DNA of 64,000 nucleotides from the NCBI GenBank assembly GCA_965287045.1, contig OZ336877.1, forward strand, positions 11,222,001 through 11,286,000. The letters are read 5' to 3'. The notes beneath the pieces were generated by a model. It was not told the DNA's origin and ran no database searches. It was given only the letters and a program-made list of their open reading frames with translations. The stretch comes from Carcharhinus amblyrhynchos (lineage: Eukaryota). The position numbers and the translations under genes are program-made. Below are positions 50,011 through 63,044 of this stretch, one piece after another. Positions within the stretch are counted from its first letter, which is position 1. Every line of letters begins with the position of its first letter.

Positions 50011-52119
50011 AAAAATATTTATATAATCTATCAAACTGCCTTTTTCAGAGGGCAGTTAAGAGCCCTCTGTGGTCTGGACCATCATTTATTAATTAATTGC
50101 ATTTAAATTCTGCCAGGGTGGGATTTGAACTTGTGTCCCACGAGATGTGTGTGTCTGGATTAGCTTGTTCAGTAATACTCTCATGCTATTGTATCCAACA
50201 CTTAGCGCCACATAACAGTCCTGTATCTTGCAAATTTTTCATTTTCAAGTATCTATCCAATTGCCATTTGAAACTGCCAGTCAATCTATTTCTATTGCCT
50301 GTTCAGACATTCCAGATCAGCAATTCACTGCCTATAAACATTTCTCCTCGCCTCTCTGCTTCAATTCACCATAAATCACACATTGCCAATGGAACGCTGG
50401 CTGCGTCATTTATAATAATTCCTCAAGTGGCATTTGCAATGCGGCACACCTTACCACTGTTATCTGGTCTAAAATAGCACATGCTAGTTAAAAAAAAATC
50501 CGTAGAGCAATAACATCCACAGAATACACTGCGGATAATTGCTGACGGAGGATTTTCAGTCTGATTGTCAACAAATTCACCTCAGCAATATTTTTAAAAT
50601 CAGCATTTACAACTAACATTGACCTGCAACTGCTGAAATCATTAAGCACCCATCCACACACCTAATGATGAATATTGGGACCAGTTTAAGAGGTGATATT
50701 TCAGAATTGATTTAAATATAGTCCTGGCTCAGGATTTCAGAGTATGGTTCAAGTATCAGCTATCCCTAATCTTCCTCTGCCAATAAGGATTGACCTAATA
50801 TCTTCTTGAAGATTTTGTTAGGAAAAATATCTCCTTTGGCCCCATAACTACATCTCACCACCACCCCAATCCCTACATTTCTCTAACTAGTCTCTAGTGA
50901 AACCCATTATGGAATTGCCTCCCTAAACCACTCCACCTCCCCAGCTCTCTTTCTCTCTCTCTCTTCTCCTTTAAGATCTTCTTTACAAGCCCACCTTTGA
51001 CCAAAGCTTTGCTCCCTCTGCTCAAGCTTGATTTTTTGAACAAAAAGAAGACTACCCAGCAGGCCTATAGAGAGAGAAGAAGCGGTAGGATTTTCACTAA
51101 CGATTAGGGAGGTCGTGAAATAACCCCCCACATTTTCATTCCAGGGTGGGGAATTGTGAGCTGCGGGATTGTATCAGGTCCACTGACCTTGGAAATAGTT
51201 CAGAGATGGAGGCAGGCCCTGATGAGGAGCAGGGCGAATCACATCTCAGGCCCACTTTAAAAGGACATCCTGGACAACATTGCTGCTGTGAGGGGGGAAG
51301 GTGAAGGCTTTTTGTGTGTCCATGGGAGGAGATGTCTGTCAGCGATCAAGTGAGTAAGACTATTCTGAGAAGAGAAGGGCCATCATGCAGTTGGCAAGTT
51401 CAGTATGTCCCAACATGCTGCATAAACTGAGATCAGCATAATGCCTCAGGGCTGATTGGCAGACCCTTAGCCTTTCCATTTACCCTTTACCACCCATAGG
51501 TGTGGACATCCAAATGTGCCTTTTCCAACACCCTCACAGTGGCATACTGCAGTGTCAGGTGGATCTCCAATGGATCCTGCATGTATATTGACCTTCTGTG
51601 GGATCCTTTGTACGATTTGCTTCAGTTAAAAGACTTCATTTAAAGATATTTCTGCCTATGTAATTAGCTATGCTAACTTAGCCACATTTTAAAACTCAGC
51701 TGGGAATGCTGGGATGAAGCTGGAAAGTTGACTGCATTCTTTGAAAGTAATCCTGCAAGGTAAACAGGCTTTCTCATAAGCCAAAACAGTAACTTTCATG
51801 GTCATGCAGCTACCCATTTGTTTATGAAAGCTATAGACACAATTTGTTCCAGGAATTTCAATAACACAGATTATGAATAACATGTATTGTGCATTCCAGT
51901 CTTGTTCAGTCCAGTGACTATTCAAGATTAACACAGGGGGCTGGCAGCAAAGAGGCCAGTAGCTCCAAGTTAACTTTTCTCTTTCTTTTTAGTTTCTGAA
52001 GTTTTAATTTTATGTTTTATTCAATAAAGAAAATCATTTTTAAAAATCGTGCCAAGTGCTGCCTACATCTATTCTGAGGAATGAATGGACCCTACACCTT
52101 CTTAGCGGCATGAATTGAT

Positions 52120-53250
52120 TATAGGGATAGGGATGTTTTTACTGCAATTGTATAAGGCATTGGTGAGACCACACCTGGAGTATTGTGTGCAGTTTTGGTG
52201 TCCTTATCTGCAGAAGGATATTCTTGCTACAGAGGGAGTACAGTGAAGGTTTATCAGCCTGATTTTTGGATGGCAGGTCTACCTCTGAGGAGAGACTATG
52301 TCAGTTAGGATTATATTCGCTGGAGTTTAGAGGAATGAGAAGGGATCTCCTAGAAACTTATAAAATTCTAACAGAGTTAGACAGGGTAGATTCAGAAAGA
52401 ATATTCCCAATGGTGGGGAAGTCCAGAACTAAGGGCCATAGTTTGAGGATAAGGGATAAACCATTTAAAACTGAGGTGAAGAGAAATTTCTTCACCCAGA
52501 GGGTGGTGAATGTGAAGAATTCACTACCACCAAAAGTAATTGAGGCAAAAACGTCTGATTTCAAGAAGAAATTAACTCTTGGATCTTTGAATATAGTGTT
52601 CAATTCTGGTCCCACGCTACCAGAAGAACGTGGAGGCTTTGGAGAGGAGAAAAGATTTACCAGGATGTTGCCTGGTATGGAGGGCATTAGCTATGAGCAG
52701 AGATTGGAGAAACTTGGTTTGTTCTCACTGAAGCGACGGAGGTTGAGGGGAGACCTGATAGAAGCCTACAAGATTATGAGAGGCATGGACAGAGCGGACA
52801 GTCAGAAGCTTTTTCCCAGCCTGGAAGAGTCAATTACTAGGGGCATAGGTTTAAGTGCGAGGGGCAAGGCTTAAAGGAAATGTACGAGGCAGATTTTTTA
52901 CACAGAGAGTAGTGGGTGCCTGGAATTTGTTGCTGGAGGAGGTATGGAAGCGGATATGATAGTGACTTTTAAAGGGCGTCTTGACAAGTACATGAATAAG
53001 ATGGGAATAGAGGGATATGATCTTCAGAAGGGTAGGGAGTTTTAATTAAGTCAGTCAGCATGGTTGGAGGGCCGAAGGGCCTGTTCCTGTGCTGTAAGTT
53101 TCTTTGTCCTTTGTTCTTTGTTCTTAAAGAGATCAAAGGATATGGGGGAAGGGCGGATCAGGATATTGAATTTGATGATCAACCATGTTCAAGATTAATG
53201 GTGGAGCAGGCTCAAAGGCCTGAATGGCCACTCCTGTTCCTAATTTCCAT
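52120..53250 (+). mobile_element. CR1 with a second CR1 subfamily nested inside (about 52585-53122)
   Basis: Two LGL(Y/F)SL..R..R.DL motifs in ORF 52266-52874. The inner element ends in a TTCTTTG tail and the outer 3' end resumes at about 53123. Confidence 0.9.
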
Positions 53251-54339
53251 GGCAAGGCTGATCTTTACAATTCTCAGTGTATAACCAGAGAGGCCAGCAG
53301 CCAGGCTCCACCTCCCCTGGGCAACATGGAGAGAACTCAGAAGAAGTACTTGTGAGTGTAGACCACCGTTTCACTTCAATTACAAAAGGATTTACAGTGA
53401 TGTTATTTACGATCAGCAATGGTGATCTGTCACTGAGTGGTGATAGCTATAATTACCCCAGATAAACATAAAGCAACAGGTTCTTACCAGTGGCAATGGA
53501 GACTGCAGCTAGTAGTCCATCTCTTAGTGACGGTAGAAGTGTGAAGGTTGTGGTCATGCATGTCCAGCAGTGGAAAGCAGACTCTTCATTCAGACATTAG
53601 AGCAGGTATTAGTTTACCATGAGGTATGGATGTTCTGGGCCATTCCACCTCCAGAGGTTCATTTAGGAAGTTGTGATGATTGAATTTCCTGAGAACCCAC
53701 AACAGTGTGAGGAAGATAGTGACATACACTTGTCTCTGCCGTAGTGACAACACAGTGGCTCATCCTCAGATCAGAATGAGATGTGTCTTTGATTGAAGCT
53801 GTGTGGGAGCTCCTGTTCCATTGTAGCTTTTCTGTGGCAGAGGCTGACATGGAGCCTCAATGAGTTGGAACATTACATATTGTCGATGTGACAAACTGCT
53901 GTGTGCCTATGGGGGGAGCAGGGAGGTGGTGAATGTTGATAGAGGGTGTAGTGATTAGGCATGTCGTTTTGTCCTGCTAAGTGCCCAGTTGCTGCATTTC
54001 TGTTAGCCCCTGGCTGTACATCCAGAGTCTCACCTCACACTGCTCATGTGCTGTTGACATGGTGGGCCAGGCTTTGGTTAGACACGAGGTGAAGTTGTCT
54101 GTGGTGTATTGTCAACGTCTAACACACATTGCAGTCTCAGTTTTTAGAGGACATCTCAATCGGTGGACAATGGTGAATACAAGAGTGTTGGATGATGTGG
54201 GATTCAGCCTTGCTGTTGACAAGGTTTGTTGTTGGTATCTCCTGGGCATCCCCAGGAAAGTGTGTGACACCAATATGGATGGGCACTTCTGCGGCAATGG
54301 CTCACCATGAACTTGTTACTGGATGTGCAATGTGATCCT

Positions 54340-55720
54340 CAGGGCTGCTGCAATGAATTGCTTCTATATTAAAAGGTCACTGGCAGCAACAGCATTTTGT
54401 ATGGATCCAGACCTTCCCCATAGGATGTCTCCCATTGTTCCCTCCTCCTCAATAGCATCTCCCTCTAAGACAGCGGGGTCTACCTTTGCCTCCTATCTGG
54501 TGTTAAGATACCTCTCTGACCCCTTGATGTGAATACCCGCCTAATGCACTTAATTCTTTTCATTCACTTGTGGGAATGGGCATCACTGACTGGCCAGCAT
54601 TTATTGCCCATCCCTATTTACCTGAGGGCAGTTGAGAGTCAACCACATTGCTGTGGCTCTGGAGTCACATGTAGGCCAGACCAATAAGGATGGCAAATTT
54701 CCTTCCCTAAAGGACATTAGTGAGCCAGTTGGGTTTTCTGGCAATCGGCAGTGGTCATTAGTAGATTCTTAATTCCAGATTTTTTTTATTGAATTCAAAT
54801 TCCACCATCTGCAGTGGCGAGATTTGAACCCAGGACTTTAGCTGGATTTCTGGTTTAATAGTCTCGCGATGATACCACTAGGCCGTTGCCTCCCTTATTG
54901 TGGAGCGTACAGCAAACAACCACTACCCTTGACAGCCTTGCAGATGAGTACTAAGTGCTTCTCCTGTTCAGTCAATTGCATCTTCAACAGTCCAACAGTC
55001 TGCTCAGTGACAATTGTTGTCTGCAAGTGGCTGGTGTAGGAGTGACATTGGGGCTCAGTCTACAGTTGCCTTAAGGGAATAAGCTGCCACCTCCTTTAAT
55101 GGCAGAGCTTTTCATTCAGAAGATAACCACAGACCTGGTGTCTGGGTCAGAAATATTGTGACAGTTGTGACTGCCTCAGAATGAATGAGTCATGGCAGCC
55201 GACAGGGAAAAATTCGCATATGAGTAGGAAGTTCTTATTATGGTCACATACAACTTGCATGTTTAATGGAACTGTTTTCTGTTCACGAATGCCTCTGGGC
55301 AGCTGCATTGGTGTTCTAATAGCTGCATGGTTGTAGCTCACCATCCCTTGAACTTATGAGAAGCTGGCGATGGGAGGTACCCCTGTGTTTGTGATGCCAC
55401 AACTATGGGGGATTTTCCCCCATCCAAGCAAAGAAAGTATTGGTGCCAGTGGTGATGCGCTGGTAGGCAACTGATTGAGAGGCACCACAGATATCAGTGG
55501 CAAGCTCCTGGAAGGAGCCAGTTGTATGGAAATTAAGGGGCATGGTGACTTTGCATCCAACAGGCAGGGCATGGGGATCAGTTGCCCAACATGGCTAAGA
55601 TAGCTCAAAGCATTTCTCTTGAAATTGAGAGCCTTCACCTGCACTGTGTCTTGGTCATCTTGAGAAAAGCTCCATTGAGACAGTACTCCCTTCTCTCAAG
55701 GTAATATATTTCCCTTCTTC
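54340..55720 (-). pseudogene. PIF/Harbinger HARBI1-like DDE transposase remnant, split by a SINE at 54555-54895
   Basis: FLKMTKTQCR*RL, LPVGCKVT..LNF..GSFQ...DICG.SQS, LNMQVVCDH...CHDSFIL, EQTVGLLKM and VVVCCTLHN. Confidence 0.88.
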
Positions 55721-57021
55721 CAGTTGTGCTTCCTGGTGGTTCTTCTACCTCTTGCCCAGGTATCCTGGCTATGACAGCACATTGCTCCATTGCCCTTGTA
55801 TGAGGAAAGGTCTGCACCCCCATTCTTTTTCAGCCCCTTCCTTCACAGCACACTCTTCATCTAGCGAGCTTTTGTCAAGCCCACTACCACTCCCCCCTCC
55901 TTGGCAGCAACCTTTACCTTTGAAGAAAAAATGTTACTCTGTAGAGCTCTGTTCAAGGGATATGAATCCTAAATGAGGTCTTTGAAAGTGTTTACACCTC
56001 CACCATAAATTCGTGTGGCTTAAGGCCTTGAAACAATGAAAATTTGGATCTGTTTGAACTCTGCACTAATTCCATGTAGCCCAGCACCTGCGCTTTGCCC
56101 TCACACTCCACATCCATACCCTGCCAGCAAAAATGGTATCTGCTGTAAATGAGGACAGTGCTTCTGTATCTAGGTCCCATTTTTAAAGGCCTCTGGGAGT
56201 TGGTCTGACTCTGTGAAAATTGGCCCAACATTTCAGGTTGATGACCTTTCATGTCTGATTCAACCACTGTAAGGTGCTTGGGAATGGGTTACCAAAATAT
56301 AGGTTGTTTTTTGTTGTGAAAGAACATATATAAATGCTGAAATAAAATCCTTGAACAACAGTACAGCTACATTCCATTTTATATAACTGGTCATACAAAG
56401 TGTCTAAATGTATATTATTAAAATGTCCTCAGCTACTGAAAGCACTCACTAAGTGCTTAATGGAAGTAATTATCTATGATTATCTATGATAGGAATATAG
56501 CTCTATCTCCCTTTCTCAAACTCAAAGATGCTTGCAGTAATTGCAGTAAATGTCGCACTGCTTTCCCTGCATTGAGTTGCCATTTCACATTGAACAGTAG
56601 TCTTCATTCTAAACAAGTGTATTTTAAAAAAAATATTTGAACCTCTGTCTCCAATTCAGTAATCATCTTCCATTGCTGTGTTTTTTTGTGTCATGTAAAT
56701 TAAATCAACCTGTCAGGTAAATGTTTCAGCTGCAACATTTCCTGAAAGAGCATTAATGGGGATGGTTTCACATTTGAGTGGACTGGGTAATCTTTACCTT
56801 GTAACGGCGATTCATGATTTTTCCATTTAGTGGACAGATAAATCTCTGCTTTGGCACTTAGTTAGCGAGGATTAAGCTATGTTCTAATGGTGATGTGTCA
56901 GTAAGGGCTGCCAGATCAAACTATTGCAATTCTAGACTGTTTTAATAGTAGGATGAAGATTGTTACCCAGTATGGATGTTCACAGGTGACCAAGTCCTCA
57001 ATGACCACTAATCACAAACTG

Positions 57022-57377
57022 AGATAGGGTAGAGGTAGAGAGATTCTTCCCATTTAGAAAGGATAGCAGGACTAGAGGGCACAGCCTCAAGATAAGGGGG
57101 GGGAGCAATTTAGATCAGAGTTGAGGAGGAACTTCTTCACTCAAAGGGTGGTGAATCTCTGGAATTCTCTGCCCGTTGAAGTGGTGGAGGCTACCCCGCT
57201 AAATATATTTAAGTCACGGGTAGATAGGTTTCTGATAGACAAGGGAATTAAGGGTTATGGGGAGGAAGCAGAAAAGTGGAACTGATCCACTTCAGATCAG
57301 CCACGATCTTATTGAATGGCGGAGCAGGCTCGAAGGGCTCGATGGCCTGCTCCTGCTCCTATTTCTTATGTTCTTAT
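57022..57377 (+). mobile_element. Young CR1 3' end
   Basis: Highly similar to 1140-1499 and 62640-62999. Confidence 0.92.
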
Positions 57378-58349
57378 TTTCCATTTCTCACAGCAGAACT
57401 TCTCTTTTCTCCACCTCATATAGCTAACTCTGCTTCAACATATTCTTCATCACAAGGTATCTCACCTTTAACTGTCCGACCCAGGCCAACATCCTTTTCT
57501 TCCCAACTCCTATTTTTTTTAAAAATAAATAATAAGCGAAATTGTTGAAGGGCAATGAATGCAAAACACCATTTTTAATGCCCCTACTATTAATTTCTCA
57601 GTGTGCGAGAGATAAAGAAGTTTAATTCCTGGAGATAGCAGTTCAATCCCTTAGGGTTTCTACGCTGCCCTAGATTTTATTTTAGTAGTATTTAGGTTGC
57701 CTGCTTAATTTGACAATTTTTAAATACTTTTACAACACACGTATACTGCAGTTGGTTAACAAGGTCAAGTCACCATTTGTACAGACACCCTGCCTAAAAA
57801 GAAGACATTTTGTGATTTGAGCACCTGCCGCCAAACTGTGCACTAGTTTTGTAAAGTAGCAACCAACCAGGGGCAGCTGATTATTAGAATTACCTGAATT
57901 ACTCTTTAATTAAAGATAGGTAATTAATAATAGTGCTACAATAAGTGAAAGTTGAATTATATCTATTTCGGTATTTTCCACTATGCTTCCTATATCAGAG
58001 TCAAAGCCTGAGACTTAGATTTGTAGGGACCTGTAGGAGGCAATGAATGAACTGAGTCTTCTGAGACTATGTAAAACTTCAACAAAAATGGCTTTTGTTC
58101 AACATGCATGAGGGAGAGTAGAACTCATGGTTGTAGCTTCTGAACTACTGAACATTGGTTCTTACAGATTTTTATATGCCTTTCTTTACATTACAAAGCA
58201 TTACATTTACGTGAGGTCATCATATTATTACTTTGAATTGGTTACAGTTCTGTTTTTGATTACATTATATGGTTCCACTGTCTTGTGTGCTTTAGCTTTA
58301 ATCAATTTCTGGATATCTCCTGACCACCTAGTTACAACATCAAAGTGTT

Positions 58350-58545
58350 GTGTTTCGTCAGGTGAATGAAGAGTTCTGGCCTCAGACAGAGCATATAACA
58401 GTACAGAACTCTTCATTCACCTGACAAAGTGGGAAACCTTAAAAGCTTGTGAGTTTACTATCAAACAAATCAGTTGGACTTAAACTTGGTGTTGTCAGAC
58501 TTCTTACTGTGTTTATCCCAGTCCAATGCCGGCATCTCCACATCA
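58350..58545. mobile_element. Penelope-like terminus with internal perfect inverted repeat
   Basis: Tail TGGTGTTGTCAGACTTCTTACTGTG...CAGTCCAATGCCGGCATCTCCACATCA matches 32020-32048 and 32500-32550. Confidence 0.75.
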
Positions 58546-58619
58546 ATCAGTTGTTCCCAACCTTATATCTGCCATGGCACATACTATAAAAATCTAATGG
58601 TAGGAAGGATTATTACTTA

Positions 58620-59378
58620 TGTGGAGAAAAACTGCAGCAGGCGGCGGTGCAGAGGGACCTCGGGGTCCTTGCGCATGAGTCGCAAAAACCCAGCTTGCAG
58701 GTGCAGCAGGTGGTCAGGAAGGCAAATGGGATGCTGGCCTTCATAGCGAGGGGGATTGAATATAAAAGTAGGGAGGTCTTGCTGCGGCTGTATAGGGCAT
58801 TGGTGAGGCCGCAGCTGGAGTACTGTGTGCAGTTTTGGGCGCCGTACTTACGCAAGGATATTTTGGCCTTGGAGGGAGTGCAGAGGAGGTTTACTAGGCT
58901 GATGCCGGAGTTGAGGGGGTTGAGCTATGAGGAGAGGCTGAATAAACTAGGCTTGTACTCGTTAGAGTTTAGAAGAATGAGGGGAGATCTCATTGAGACG
59001 TATAAGATGATGAATGGGATGGATAGGATAGAGGTGGAGAGACTCTTCCTGCTCAGAAAGGACAGTAGGACTAGGGGGCACAGCCTCAAGATAAAGGGGG
59101 GGCGGTTTAGAACGGAGTTGAGGAGGAACTTCTTCACTCAAAGGGTGGTGAATCTCTGGAATTCTCTGCCTGTTGAAGTGGTGGAGGCTACCTCGCTAAA
59201 TATTTTTAAGAAGAGGGTTGATGGGTTTTTGATAAGAGAGGGGATTAAGGGTTATGGGGAGAGGGCGGGAAAGTGGAACTGAGCCACGACAGATCAGCCA
59301 TGATCTTATTGAATGGCGGGGCAGGCTCGAAGGGCTGGATGGCCTACTCCTGCTCCTTTTTCTTATGTTCTTATGTTC
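58620..59378 (+). mobile_element. Young CR1 with uninterrupted 211-aa ORF2 C-terminus (58647-59282)
   Basis: Open QRDLGV...GYGERAGKWN*, many CpGs retained and an intact tail. Confidence 0.95.
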
Positions 59379-60069
59379 CAATATTCTCCAACTGAAGAGC
59401 TCAAGACTAAGTTATGAAATGGCACTAACACATCTTCAAAGAACCCTGGAATGAAGAATGATTGCAAGCAATAATGATTAATATATCCTACACAAAAGAC
59501 AAGATATCTAGCACACATACAGGCTCACTCAGCAGGAAAATTGGGTCTGTAACATTCCTATGTTTACACCCAAAGTCTGCACATCTACACTTTACAACAG
59601 GCTCCCCGTACAGATATCCAGAGATGAATGTGTGAGGGTTTTCATTCCAAGATCAGAACCTGTGATGAAGAGGCAACTTCCAACTGGAAAGGAGAATGAA
59701 TGAAATTGAACGATTCAATTCCAAATGGGGTCCTCGTAATTTCCCAGGAGTAGGTGATGGGCGAGAACTGGCCACAAAACAGCCTCCTGTCAGGGAAAGT
59801 TCCATCCTCTGTTTAAGGACATCTTGGATTTACTGGATTTCGGGCCAGAGAGGGAAAAACTGAGTTGGACAGAAATGGAAGTGAATCTCTGGAGCTCAGC
59901 TCAGAGCCCGGAGAGAAGGGAGTGAATTGTGTTGTAGGACAGTCGGATCAGAATCAATCAATGGATGAGGATTCAGAGGCTGAAGAAGGAAGGGGAGGGA
60001 TTAATTTGTTAAATAATCGGGAAAATATGCAAAATGGTCACCTGCTGCTCCTATATGACTTCTCCATTC

Positions 60070-60545
60070 AGAGTATAATGAATCTTTGGAATTCCCTACC
60101 CCAGAGAGCTGTGGAGACTCAGTAATTGATTATGTTCAAACATGCATGGTAACATAGAAAATAGGAGCAGGAGGTGACCATGTGGCACTTTGAGCCATTC
60201 AGTGGGACCATGGCTGATCATCCAACTCAGAAACCTTCCCCCCCCCCCCCCCCCCCCCCCCCCACCCCCATATCCTTTGATCCCTTTTATCCCAGGAGCT
60301 ATATCTAACTCATTTTTGAAAACAATGTTTTGTCTTCAACTGCTTTCTGTGGTAGCAAATTCCACAGGCTTACCACTCTCTGGATGAAGAAATTTCTCCT
60401 CATCTCAATCCTAAATGGTTTATCCCTTATTCTTAGACTATGACCCCTGGTCAAGGGATATGGCGTTGATGTAGACAATCAGTTCAATGGCAGAGTAGGT
60501 TTGACGGGTTAAATGATCTATTCCTCCTCCTATGTTCCTATGTTG
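60070..60545. mobile_element. Old plus-strand CR1 interrupted by a minus-strand CR1 tail (about 60150-60450) carrying a poly-C run
   Basis: NLWNSLPQRAVE on the plus strand, then AACATAGAAAATAGGAGCAGGAG (a reversed CR1 tail). Confidence 0.75.
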
Positions 60546-60696
60546 TTGGAAGTGTGTCTTGCAGATGAGATATTAAACTAAGGACACAAATTTCCTTTTG
60601 AGTGAATGGAAACATTCCTATTTGATGAAAAGCAGCATTAAGATAGATATTTTTCTACACTGTGGTTTGCCATAATCATATGACCTATAACAACAT

Positions 60697-61038
60697 GGTA
60701 CGGCACGGTAGCGCAGTGGTTAGCACTGCTGCTTCACAGCTCCAGCGACCTGGGTTTGATTCCCGGCTCAGGTCACTGTCTGTGTGGAGTTTGCATGTTC
60801 TCCTCATGTCTGCGTGGGTTTCCTCTGGGTACTCCGGTTTCCTCCCACAGTCCAAAGATGTGCAGGTTAGGTTGATTGGCCATGTTAAAATTGCCCGTTA
60901 GTGTCCTGGGGTGTGTAGGTTAGAGGGATTAGTGGGTAAATGTGTAGGGGTATGGGGATAGGGCCTGGGTGGGATTGTGGTTGGTGCAGACTCGATGCGC
61001 CGAAGGGCCTGTTTCTGCACTGTAGGGTTCTATGTTCT
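60697..61038 (+). mobile_element. HE1-like SINE with TSD AACATG
   Basis: Full-length copy with AACATG on both flanks. Confidence 0.93.
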
Positions 61039-61799
61039 AACATGAGATTTAGATAAAGGCTTTTGGGCAGTTGTACACGCCACATGGACCAAGATGTCAA
61101 AGTAACCAGGATGGAGTGGAATTTGATAGCTGTAAGAGAGCCAAGAGATGTAAGAAACAGCAGCGAAGCATGAAAACTTCAGTCTGCAACTTTGTCCAGG
61201 ACATTGATAACGAGGTGAGTCACCCTGACTGAATTTTCCAGCAACTACTCCAATGGACATGAAGGGAGATTTGAGGGGGAATTGAAAACTCTGCCATTAT
61301 CATTGGCAGAATTACAAGATGCTACAGATTTGAACAAGAAACCTAAACCTAAAGAGTAGCAACAGTAATGGGAAGGAATGACACAAATTGTACTGTACAC
61401 TTTTCATAATGATAAGAGCAAATCCCCAGATTACTTATGGGCATATTGGACTTCTAAGTAATGCCTGTTACTCAAAATGGACACACAAACAAAAGCCTGC
61501 TGAGAATGTAACTTTTCGGAATGCAAAATTCAGTGACTGTCTGAGAAGCTCCAGTGACAGCTGATACTAAAAGAGAGAAATTGGGATGTCACACCCTGAG
61601 CGGGATTTTATGGTCTTGCTCATCTCGAAATCATAAAACCACTCCCAAGGTCAATGGACCTTTCCATGGTCTGCCCCTCGCCTGTTCTGATTCCAGTGGC
61701 AGGCAGGGAGGCAAAACTCAAATCCTTTTCTCAGACAGTTATTTCAAAGGAAGAAGCATTGCAAAAGGAACTGCCATCTCCTGTGGAGATAATGGAAGC

Positions 61800-63044
61800 A
61801 TATTATAATCTCAGCAGGAATTATGTCCTGTAAATTGTGATGCCTGGATCTGTTTTGTAGATCTTCATTTCTGGGATAAAGTAGCCAGCTGCAAAACATA
61901 ATGTGTGGACTAATGCTAGGTATGTCCAAGTGACATGGAGCAGGAAAACTCAGCAGCAGACACCCCTGCTCTGACAGGGAAACAATGTAAATCCCACTGT
62001 CTCCCTCACTGCTGAAGCAAGCCAAATCAGCAAAGTTACAGCTGGAAAGGAAGCAGAACAACCTCTCAACTAAACTTCGGAATCCTGGAATCTCAAATCA
62101 ACTATTCAACTGCTGAAGTCAGCTCTACTGGAATCGTGAATCTCAAACAGCTGCAACATTTCACCATTTATTCCTCACAGACACATCAGATTCATATATC
62201 TTTACTTACTTATTTTTGGACTCAGTTCTGATTTCTAATCTGTGTGAATGTATGTGCATGTGTTTCATTATTTTCATTGTTTTTAGGGCCTGGTAAACTC
62301 TCTCTTTTATCTCAAGAAATTCTGGTTAGATTAGCTCCTTTTAAAATGTAAATACAAGGCAGCGGGGTAAGGGGATCTACAAGGGAAGGGATCCTTTTCC
62401 AAAGTGATCCTGTTGCGACCAACCAAAGGGTTGATATAAAAAAAGGAGCCAGTTTGTCTTTCCTCACTCGGGGAGGCACAACAATTTGGGGGTTTCCCGT
62501 CTGGAATTTAACAAATTGGGCAACAGTCCCCACAGAGGGGGTTAGCTTATGAGGAGAGATTGAATAGACTGGGCCTGTACTCGTTGGAGTTTAGAAGGCT
62601 GAGGGGGGATCTTATAGAGACATGTAAGATAATGAAGGGGATGGATAGGGTAGAGGTAGAGAGATTCTTCCTGCTTAGAAAGGAAAACAGAACTAGAGGG
62701 CACAGCCTCAAAATTAGTGGGGGGGACAGTTTAGATCAGAATTGAGGAGGAACTTCTTCCCTCAAAGGGTGGTGAATCTCTGGAATTCTCTGCCCATTGA
62801 AGTGGTGGAGGCTACCTCGTTGAATATATTTAAGTCACGGGTAGATAGATTTCTGATAGACAAGGGAATTAAGGGTTATGGGGAGAAAGCAGGAAAGTGG
62901 AACTGATCCACTTCAGATCAGCCGTGATCTTATTGAATGGCGGGGCAGGCTCAAAGGGCTAGATGGCCTACTCCTGCTCCTATTTCTTATGTTCTTATGG
63001 AGGGTGACAAAGTTGGGGATCATGCCCGGAGACCGGTCGTAACA
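61800..63044 (+). mobile_element. LTR-like region ending GGTCGTAACA, with PBS-like units; 5' boundary unresolved
   Basis: ACA-ATT-TGGGGG PBS-like junction at 62481-62510 and terminal TAACA at 63044. Confidence 0.5.
62540..62999 (+). mobile_element. Young CR1 3' end with GAGGG flanking duplication
   Basis: NRLGLYSLEFRRLRGDL, with GAGGG at 62535-62539 and 63000-63004. Confidence 0.93.

Noticed and set aside
52266-52874. 202-aa ORF with a duplicated domain
   Set aside because: Fortuitous read-through across a CR1-in-CR1 nested insertion.
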